From the human T2T-CHM13v2.0 reference genome, Homo sapiens, in NCBI RefSeq assembly GCF_009914755.1, contig NC_060926.1: 64,000 nucleotides of DNA; one strand, given 5' to 3'. Below are positions 51,701-62,600 of the stretch, piece after piece. Position 1 is the first letter of the stretch, and every line of letters starts with the position of its first letter. Made by a program: the position numbers and the translations under genes. The notes beneath the pieces are model-generated. The model saw only the letters and a list, made by a program, of their open reading frames with translations, was not told the DNA's origin and ran no database searches.

Positions 51701-54330
51701 CACTCTTTTTGTAAAATCTGCAAGAGGATATTTGGATAGCTTTGAGGATTTCGTTGGAAACGGGATTGTCTTCATATAAACTCTAGACAGAAGCATTCTC
51801 AGAAGCTTCATTGGGATGTTTCAATTGAAGTCACAGTGTTGAACAGTCCCTTTCATAGAGCAGGTTTGAAACACTCTTTTTGTAGTATCTGGATGTGGAC
51901 ATTTGGAGCGCTTTCATGCCTATGGTTTAAAAGGAAATATCTTCCCCTGAAAACAAGACAGAAGCATTCTCAGAAACTTATTTGTGATGTGCGCCCTCAA
52001 CTTACAGTGTTGAAGCATTCTTTTGATAGAGCAGTTTTGAAACACTCTTTTTGTGGAATCTGCAAGTAGATATTGTCTAGCTTTGAGGATTTCGTTGGAA
52101 ACGGGATTACATATAAAAAGCAGACAGCAGCATTCCCAGAAACTTCTTTGTGATGTTTGCATTCAAGTCACAGAGTTGAACATTCCCTTTCATAGAGCAG
52201 GTTTGAAACACTCTTTTTATAGTATCTGGATGTGGACATTTGGAGCGCTTTCAGGCCTATGGTGAAAAAGGAAATATCTTCCCCTGAAAACTAGACAGAA
52301 GCATTCTCAGAATCTTATTTGTGATGTGCGCCCTCAACTAACAGTGTTGAAGCTTTCTTTTGATAGAGCAGTTTTGAAACACACTTTTCGTAAAATCTGC
52401 AAGAGTATATTTGGATAGCTTTGAGGATTTCGTTGGAAACGGGATTGTCTTCATATAAACTCTAGACAGAAGCATTCTCAGAAGCTTCATTGGGATGTTT
52501 CAATTGAAGTCACAGTGTTGAACAGTCCCTTTCATAGAGCAGGTTTGAAACACTCTTTTTGTAGTATCTGGAAGTGGAGATTTGGAGAGATCTCAGGTAT
52601 ACGGTGATAAAGGAAATGTCTTCCAATAAAAGCTAGATAGAAGCAATGTCAGAAACTTTTTCATGATGTATCTACTCAGCTAACAGAGTTGAACCTTTCT
52701 TTTGAGAGAGCAGTTTTGAAACACTCTTTTTGTGGAATCTGCAAGTGGATATTTGTCTAGCTTTGAGGATTTCGTTGGAAACGGGATTACATATAAAAAG
52801 CAGACAGCAGCATTCCCAGAAACTTCTTTGTGATGTTTGCATTCAAGTCACAGAGTTGAACATTCCCTTTCATAGAGCAGGTTTGAAACACTCTTTTTGT
52901 AGTATCTGGATGTGGACATTTGGAGCGCTTTCAGGCCTATGGTGAAAAAGGAAATATCTTCCCCTGAAAACTAGACAGAAGCATTCTCAGAAACTTATTT
53001 GTGATGTGCGCCCTCAACTAACAGTGTTGAAGCTTTCTTTTGATAGAGCAGTTTTGAAACACTCTTTTTGTAAAATCTGCAAGAGGATATTTGGATAGCT
53101 TTGAGGATTTCGTTGGAAACGGGATTGTCTTCATATAAACTCTAGACAGAAGCATTCTCAGAAGCTTCATTGGGATGTTTCAATTGAAGTCACAGTGTTG
53201 AACAGTTCCTTTCATAGAACAGGTTTGAAACACTCTTTTTGTAGTATCTGGAAGTGGACATTTGGAGCGCTCTCAGGACTATGGTGAAAAAGGAAATATC
53301 TTCCAATAAAAGCTACATAGAAGCAATGTCAGAAACTTTTTCATGATGTATCTACTCAGCTAACAGAGTTGAACCTTTCCTTTGAGAGAGCAGTTTTGAA
53401 ACACTCTTTTTGTGGAATCTGCAAGTGGATATTTGTCTAGCTTTGAGGATTTCGTTGGAAACGGGATTACATATAAAAAGCAGACAGCAGCATTCCCAGA
53501 AACTTCTTTGTGATGTTTGCATTCAAGTCACAGAGTTGAACATTCCCTTTCATAGAGCAGGTTTGAAACACTCTTTTTGTAGTATCTGGATGTGGACATT
53601 TGGAGCGCTTTTAGGCCTATGGTGAAAAAGGAAATATCTTCCCCTGAAAACTAGACAGAAGCATTCTCAGAAACTTATTTGTGATGTGCGCCCTCAACTA
53701 ACAGTGTTGAAGCTTTCTTTTGATAGAGCAGTTTTGAAACACTCTTTTTGTAATATCTGCAAGAGGATATTTGGATAGCTTTGAGGATTTCGTTGGAAAC
53801 GGGATTGTCTTCACATAAACTCTAGACAGAAGCATTCTCAGAAGCTTCATTGGGATGTTTCAATTGAAGTCACAGTGTTGAACGGTTCCTTTCATAGAAC
53901 AGGTTTGAAACACTCTTTTTGTAGTATCTGGAAGTGGACATTTGGAGCGCTCTCAGGACTACGGTGAAAAAGGAAATATCTTCCAATAAAAGCTAGATAG
54001 AAGCAATGTCAGAAAATTTTTCATGATGTATCTACTCAGCTAACAGAGTTGAACCTTTCTTTTGACAGAGCAGTTTTGAAACACTCTTTTTGTGGAATCT
54101 GCAAGTGGATATTTGTCTAGCTTTGAGGATTTCGCTGGAAACGGGATTACATATAAAAACAGACAGCAGCATTCCCAGTAACTTCTTTGTGATGTTTGCA
54201 TTCAAGTCACAGAGTTGAACATTCCCTTTCATAGAGCAGGTTTGAAACACTCTTTCTGTAGTATCTGGATATGGACATTTGGAGCGCTTTCAGGCCTATG
54301 GTGAAAAAGGAAATATCTTCCCCTGAAAAC
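42800..54330 (+). repeat. Tandem super-HOR duplication, period 5,774 bp (34 monomers)
   Basis: Shared private variants aaaccgga (42931/48705), tttgcagcg, tcaggatgta, ggtgtgaaac, ttctattaaa, acagcgcctt, ttgcttgtgacg, catgcctatgg, aggtatacgg, gaacggttcc. ORFs 43220/48994, 44917/50691, 47636/53410. Confidence 0.92.
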
Positions 54331-57300
54331 TAGACAGAAGCATTCTCAGAAACTTATTTGTGATGTGCGCTCTCAACTAACAGTGTTGAACCTTTCTTTT
54401 GATAGAGCAGTTTTGAAACACTCTTTTTGTAAAATCTGCAAGAGGATATTTGGATAGATTTGAGGATTTCGTTGGAAACGGGATTGTCTTCATATAAACT
54501 CTAGACAGAAGCATTCTCAGAAGCTTCATTGAGATGTTTCAAGTGAAGTCACAGTGTTGAACAGTCCCTTTCATAGAGCAGGTTTGAAACACTCTTTTTG
54601 TAGTATCTGGAAGTGGACATTTGGAGAGATCTCAGGAATACGGTGATAAAGGAAATATCTTCCAATAAAAGCTAGATAGAAGCAATGTCAGAAACTTTTT
54701 CATGATGTATCTACTCAGCTAACAGAGTTGAACCTTTCTTTTGAGAGAGCAGTTTTGAAACACTCTTTTTGTGGAATCTGCAAGTGGATATTTGTCTAGC
54801 TTTGAGGATTTCGTTGGAAACGGGATTACATATAAAAAGCAGACAGCAGCATTCCCAGAAACTTCATTGTGAAGTTTGCATACAAGTCACAGAGTTGAAC
54901 ATTCCCTTTCATAGAGCAGGTTTGAAACACTCTTTTTGTAGTATCTGGATGTGGACATTTGGAGCGCTTTGAAGCCTATGGTGAAAAAGGAAATATCTTC
55001 CCCTGAAAACTAGACAGAAGCATTCTCAGGAACTTATTTGTGATGTGCGCCCTCAACTAACAGTGTTGAAGCATTCTTTTGATAGAGCAGTTTTGAAATA
55101 CTCTTTTTGTGGAATCTGCAAGTAGATATTTGTCTAGCTTTGAGGATTTCGTTGGAAACGGGATTACATATAAAAAGCAGACAGCAGCATTCCCAGAAAC
55201 TTCTTTGTGATGTTTGCATTCAAGTCACAGAGTTAAACATTCCCTTTCATAGAGCAGGTTTGAAACACTCTTTTTGTAGTATCTGGATGTGGACATTTGG
55301 AGCGCTTTCAGGCCTATGGTGAAAAAGGAAATATCTTCCCCTGAAAACTAGACAGAAGCATTCTCAGAATCTTATTTGTGATGTGCGCCCTCAACTAACA
55401 GTGTTGAAGCTTTCTTTTGATAGAGCAGTTTTGAAACACTCTTTTTGTAAAATCTGCAAGAGGATATTTGGATAGCTTTGAGGATTTCGTTGGAAACGGG
55501 ATTGTCTTCATATAAACTCTAGACAGAAGCATTCTCAGAAGCTTCATTGGGATGTTTCAATTGAAGTCACAGTGTTGAACAGTCCCTTTCATAGAGCAGG
55601 TTTGAAACACTCTTTTTGTAGTATCTGGAAGTGGACATTTGGAGCGCACTCAGGACTGCGGTGAAAAAGGACATATCTTCCAATAAAAGCTAGATAGAAG
55701 CAATGTCAGAAACTTTTTCATGATGTATCTACTCAGCTAACAGAGTTGAACATTCCTTTGAGAGAGCAGTTTTGAAACACTCTTTTTGTGGAATCTGCAA
55801 GGGGATATTTGCCTAGCTTTGAGGATTTCGTTGGAAACGGGATTACATATAAAAAGCAGACAGCAGCAATCCCAGTAACTTCTTTGTGATGTTTGCATTC
55901 AAGTCACAGAGTTGAACATTCCCTTTCATAGAGCAGTTTTGAAACACTCTTTTTGTAGTATCTGGATGTGGACATTTGGAGCGCTTTCAGGCCTATGGTG
56001 AAAAAGGAAATATCTTCCCCTGAAAACTAGACAGAAGCATTCTCAGAAACTTATTTGTGATGTGCGCCCTCAACTAACAGTGTTGAACCTTTCTTTTGAT
56101 AGAGCAGTTTTGAAACACTCTTTTTGTAATATCTGCAAGAGGATATTTGGATAGCTTTGAGGATTTCGTTGGAAACGGGATTGTCTTCATATAAACTCTA
56201 GACAGAAGCATTCTCAGAAGCTTCATTGGGATGTTTCAATTGAAGTCACAGTGTTGAACAGTCCCTTTCATAGAGCAGGTTTGAAACACTCTTTTTGTAG
56301 TATCTGGAAGTGGATATTTGGAGAGATCTCAGGAGTACGGTGATAAAGGAAATATCTTCCAATAAAAGCTAGATAGAAGCAATGTCAGAAACTTTTTCAT
56401 GATGTATCTACTCAGCTAACAGAGTTGAACCTTTCTTTTGAGAGAGCAGTTTTGAAACACTCTTTTTGTGGAATCTGCAAGTGGATATTTGTCTAGCTTT
56501 GAGGATTTCGTTGGAAACGGGATTACATATAAAAAGCAGACAGCAGCATTCCCAGAAACTTCTTTGTGAAGTTTGCATTCAAGTCACAGAGTTGAACATT
56601 CGCTTTCATAGAGCAGGTTTGAAACACTCTTTTTGTAGTATCTGGATGTGGACATTTGGAGCGCTTTCAGGCCTATGGTGAAAAAGGAAATATCTTCCCC
56701 TGAAAACTAGACAGAAGCATTCTCAGAATCTTATTTGTGATGTGCACCCTCAACTAACAGTGTTGAAGCTTTCTTTTGATAGAGCAGTTTTGAAACACTC
56801 TTTTTGTAAAATCTGCAAGAGGATATTTGGATAGCTTTGAGGATTTCATTGGAAACCGGATTGTCTTCATATAAACTCTAGACAGAAGCATTCTCAGAAG
56901 CTTCATTGGGATGTTTCAATTGAAGTCATAGTGTTGAACAGTCCCTTTCATAGAGCAGGTTTGAAACACTCTTTTTGTAGTATCTGGAAGTGGACATTTG
57001 GAGAGATCTCAGGAATACGGTGATAAAGGAAATATCTTCCAATAAAAGCTAGATAGAAGCAATGTCAGAAACTTTTTCATGATGTACCTACTCAGCTAAC
57101 AGAGTTGAACCTTTCTTTTGAGAGAGCAGTTTTGAAACACTCTTTTTGTGGAATCTGCAAGTGGATATTTGTCTAGCTTTGAGGATTTCGTTGGAAACGG
57201 GATTACATATAAAAAGCAGACAGCAGCATTCCCAGAAACTTCTTTGTGATGTTTGCATTCAAGTCACAGAGTTGAACATTCCCTTTCATAGAGCAGGTTT

Positions 57301-59699
57301 GAAACACTCTTTTTGTAGTATCTGGATGTGGACATTTGGAGCGCTTTCAGGCCTATGGTGAAAAAGGAAATATCTTCCCCTGAAAACTAGACAGAAGCAT
57401 TCTCAGAATCTTATTTGTGATGTGCGCCCTCAATTAATAGTGTTGAAGCTTTCTTTTGATAGAGCAGTTTTGAAACACTCTTTTTGTAAAATCTGCAAGA
57501 GGATATTTGGATAGCTTTGAGGATTTCGTTGGAAACGGGATTGTCTTCATATAAACTCTAGACAGAAGCATTCTCAGAAGCTTCATTGGGATGTTTCAAT
57601 TGAAGTCACACTGTTGAACAGTTTCTTTCATAGAACAGGTTTGAAACACTCTTTTTGTAGTATCTGGAAGTGGACATTTGGAGCGCTCTCAGGACTATGG
57701 TGAAAAAGGAAATATCTTCCAATAAAAGCTACATAGAAGCAATGTCAGAAACTTTTTCATGATGTATCTACTCAGCTAACAGAGTTGAACCTTTCCTTTG
57801 AGAGAGCAGTTTTGAAACACTCTTTTTGTGGAATCTGCAAGTGGATATTTGTCTAGCTTTGAGGATTTCGTTGGAAACGGGATTACATATAAAAAGCAGA
57901 CAGCAGCATTCCCAGTAACTTCTTTGTGATGTTTGCATTCAAGTCACAGAGTTGAACATTCCCTTTCATAGAGCAGGTGTGAAACACTCTTTTTGTAGTA
58001 TCTGGATGTGGACATTTGGAGCGCTTTCAGGCCTATGGTGAAAAAGGAAATATCTTCCCCTGAAAACTAGACAGAAGCATTCTCAGAAACTTATTTGTGA
58101 TGTGCGCCCTCAACTAACAGTGTTGAACCTTTCTTTTGATAGAGCAGTTTTGAAACACTCTTTTTGTAATATCTGCAAGAGGATATTTGGATAGCTTTGA
58201 GGATTTCGTTGGAAACGGGATTGTCTTCATATAAACTCTAGACAGAAGCATTCTCAGAAGCTTCATTGGGATGTTTCAATTGAAGTCACAGTGTTGAACA
58301 GTCCCTTTCATAGAGCAGGTTTGAAACACTCTTTTTGTAGTATCTGGATGTGGACATTTGGAGCGCTTTCAGGCCTATGGTTTAAAAGGAAATATCTTCC
58401 CCTGAAAACTAGACAGAAGCATTCTCAGAAACTTATTTGTGATGTGCGCCCTCAACTAACAGTGTTGAACCTTTCTTTTGATAGAGCAGTTTTGAAACAC
58501 TCTTTTTGTGGAATCTGCAAGTGGATATTTGTCTAGCTTTGAGGATTTCGTTGGAAACGGGATTACATATAAAAAGCAGACAGCAGCATTCCCAGAATCT
58601 TCTTTGTGATGTTTGCATTCAAGTCACAGAGTTGAACATTCCCTTTCATAGAGCAGGTTTGAAACACTCTTTTTATAGTATCTGGATGTGGACATTTGGA
58701 GCGCTTTCAGGCCTATGGTGAAAAAGGAAATATCTTCCCCTGAAAACTAGACAGAAGCATTCTCAGAATCTTATTTGTGATGTGCGCCCTCAACTAACAG
58801 TGTTGAACCTTTCTTTTGATAGAGCAGTTTTGAAACACTCTTTTTGTGGAATCTGCAGGTGGACATTTGTCTAGCTTTGAGGATTTCGTTGGAAACGGGA
58901 TTACATATAAAAAGCAGACAGCAGCATTCCCAGAATCTTCTTTGTGATGTTTGCATTCAAGTCACAGAGTTGAACATTCCCTTTCATAGAGCAGGTTTGA
59001 AACACTCTTTTTGTAGTATCTGGATGTGGACATTTGGAGCGCTTTCAGGCCTATGGTGAAAAAGGAAATATCTTCTCCTGAAAACTAGACAGTAGCATTC
59101 TCAGAATCTTATTTGTGATGTGCGCCCTCAACTAACAGTGTTGAAGCTTTCTTTTGATAGAGCAGTTTTGAAACACTCTTTTTGTAAAATCTGCAAGAGG
59201 ATATTTGGATAGCTTTGAGGATTTCATTGGAAACGGGATTGTCTTCATATAAACTCTAGACAGAAGCATTCTCAGAAGCTTCATTGGGATGTTTCAATTG
59301 AAGTCACAGTGTTGAACAGTCCCTTTCATAGAGCAGGTTTGAAACACTCTTTTTGTAGTATCTGGCAGTGGACATTTGGAGCGCTCTCAGGACTACGGTG
59401 AAAAAGGAAATATCTTCCAATAAAAGCTACATAGAAGCAATGTCAGAAACTTTTTCATGATGTATCTACTCAGCTAACAGAGTTGAACCTTTCTTTTGAG
59501 AGAGCAGTTTTGAAACACTCTTTTTGTGGAATCTGGAAGTGGATATTTGTCTAGCTTTGAGGATTTCGTTGGAAACGGGATTACATATAAAAAGCAGACA
59601 GCAGCATTCCCAGTAACATCTTTGTGATGTTTGCATTCAAGTCACAGTGTTGAAGATTCCCTTTCATAGAGCAGGTTTGAAACACTCTTTTTGTAGTAT

Positions 59700-62600
59700 C
59701 TGGATGTGGACATTTGGAGCACTTTCAGGCCTATGGTGAAAAAGGAAATATCTTCCCCTGAAAACTAGACAGAAGCATTCTCAGAATCTTATTTGTGATG
59801 TGCGCCCTCAACTAACAGTGTTGAACCTTTCTTTTGATAGAGCAGTTTTGAAACACTCTTTTTGTAAAATCTGCAAGAGGATATTTGGATAGCTTTGAAG
59901 ATTTCGTTGGAAACGGGATTGTCTTCATATAAACTCTAGACAGAAGCATTCTCAGAAGCTTCATTGGGATGTTTCAATTGAAGTCACAGTGTTGAACAGT
60001 CCCTTTCATAGAGGAGGTTTGAAACACTCTTTTGGTAGTATCTGGAAGTGGACATTTGGAGTGATCTCAGGAATACGGTGATAAAGGAAATATCTTCCAA
60101 TAAAAGCTAGATAGAAGCAATGTCAGAAACTTTTTCATGATGTATCTACTCAGCTAACAGAGTTGAACCTTTCTTTTGAGAGAGCAGTTTTGAAACACTC
60201 TTTTTGTGGAAACTGCAAGTGGATATTTGTCTAGCTTTGAGGATTTCGTTGGAAACGGGATTACATATAAAAAGCAGACAGCAGCATTCCCAGAAACTTC
60301 TTTGTGATGTTTGCATTCAAGTCACAGAGTTGAACATTCCCTTTCATAGAGCAGGTTTGAAACACTCTTTTTGTAGTATCTGGATGTGGACATTTGGAGC
60401 GCTTTCAAGCCTATGGTGAAAAAGGAAATATCTTCCCCTGAAAACTAGACAGAAGCATTCTCAGAAACTTATTTGTGATGTGCCTCCTCAACTAACAGTG
60501 TTGAACCTTTCTTTTGATAGAGCAGTTTTGAAACACTCTTTTTGTAATATCTGCAAGAGGATATTTGGATAGCTTTGAGGATTTCGTTGGAAACGGGATT
60601 GTCTTCACATAAACTCTAGACAGAAGCATTCTCAGAAGCTTCATTGGGATGTTTCAATTGAAGTCACAGTGTTGAACAGTTCCTTTCATAGAACAGGTTT
60701 GAAACTCTCTTTTTGTAGTATCTGGAAGTGGACATTTGGAGCGCTCTCAGGACTACGGTGAAAAAGGAAATATCTTCCAATAAAAGCTAGATAGAAGCAA
60801 TGTCAGAAAATTTTTCATGATGTATCTACTCAGCTAACAGAGTTGAACCTTCCTTTGAGAGAGCAGTTTTGAAACACTCTTTTTGTGGAATCTGCAAGTG
60901 GATATTTGTCTAGCTTTGAGGATTTCCCTGGAAACGGGATTACATATAAAAACAGACAGCAGCATTCCCAGTAACTTCTTTGTGATGTTTGCATTCAAGT
61001 CACAGAGTTGAACATTCCCTTTCATAGAGCAGGTTTGAAACACTCTTTTTGTAGTATCTGGATGTGGACATTTGGAGCGCTTTCAGGCCTATGGTGAAAA
61101 AGGAAATATCTTCCCCTGAAAACTAGACAGAAGCATTCTCAGAAACTTATTTGTGATGTGCGCCCTCAACTAACAGTGTTGAACCTTTCTTTTGATAGAG
61201 CAGTTTTGAAACACTCTTTTTGTAATATCTGCAAGAGGATATTTGGATAGATTTGAGGATTTCGTTGGAAACGGGATTGTCTTCATATAAACTCTAGACA
61301 GAAGCATTCTCAGAAGCTTCATTGGGATGTTTCAATTGAAGTCACAGTGTTGAACAGTCCCTTTCATAGAGCAGGTTTGAAACACTCTTTTTGTAGTATC
61401 TGGAAGTGGACATTTGGAGAGATCTCAGGAATACGGTGATAAAGGAAATATCTTCCAATAAAAGCTAGATAGAAGCAATGTCAGAAACTTTTTCATGATG
61501 TATCTACTCAGCTAACAGAGTTGAACTTTTCTTTTGAGAGAGCAGTTTTGAAACACTCTTTTTGTGGAATCTGCAAGTGGATATTTGTCTAGCTTTGAGG
61601 ATTTCGTTGGAAACGGGATTACATATAAAAAGCAGACAGCAGCATTCCCAGAAACTTCTTTGTGATGTTTGCATTCAAGTCACAGAGTTGAACATTCCCT
61701 TTCATAGAGCAGGTTTGAAACACTCTTTTTGTAGTATCTGGATGTGGACATTTGGAGCGCTTTCAAGCCTATGGTGAAAAAGGAAATATCTTCCCCTGAA
61801 AACTAGACAGAAGCATTCTCAGGAACTTATTTGTGATGTGCGCCCTCAACTAACAGTGTTGAAGCTTTCTTTTGATAGAGCAGTTTTGAAACACTCTTTT
61901 TGTGGAATCTGCAAGTGGATATTTGTCTAGCTTTGAGGATTTCGATGGAAACGGGATTACATATAAAAAGCAGACAGCAGCATTCCCAGTAACTTCTTTG
62001 TGATGTTTGCATTCAAGTCACAGAGTTGAACATTCCCTTTCATAGAGCAGGTTTGAAACACTCTTTTTGTAGTATCTGTATGTGGACATTTGGAGCGCTT
62101 TCAGGCCTATGGTGAAAAAGGAAATATCTTCCCCTGAAAACTAGACAGAAGCATTCTCAGAAACTTATTTGTGATGTGCGCCCTCAACTAACAGTGTTGA
62201 ACCTTTCTTTTGATAGAGCAGTTTTGAAACACTCTTTTTGTAATATCTGCAAGAGGATATTTGGATAGCTTTGAGGATTTCGTTGGAAACGGGATTGTCT
62301 TCATATAAACTCTAGACAGAAGCATTCTCAGAAGCTTCATTGGGATGTTTCAATTGAAGTCACAGTGTTGAACATTCCCTTTCATAGAGCAGGTTTGAAA
62401 CACTCTTTTTGTAGTATCTGGAAGTGGACATTTGGAGAGATCTCAGGAATACGGTGATAAAGGAAATATCTTCCAATAAAAGCTAGATAGAAGCAATGTC
62501 AGAAACTTTTTCATGATGTATCTACTCAGCTAACAGAGTTGAACCTTTCTTTTGAGAGAGCAGTTTTGAAACACTCTTTTTGTGGAATCTGCAAGTGGAT

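Noticed and set aside
61940-61956. CENP-B box variant tttcgAtggaaacggga
   Set aside because: The change is at a non-core position, so it was not counted as a lost box.
1821-62012. Minus-strand ORFs (MQTSQ..., MFQTCS..., MHSSHT...)
   Set aside because: They appear only where hybrid monomers, 1-bp indels or the inversion remove a stop. They are useful as structural markers but are not genes.
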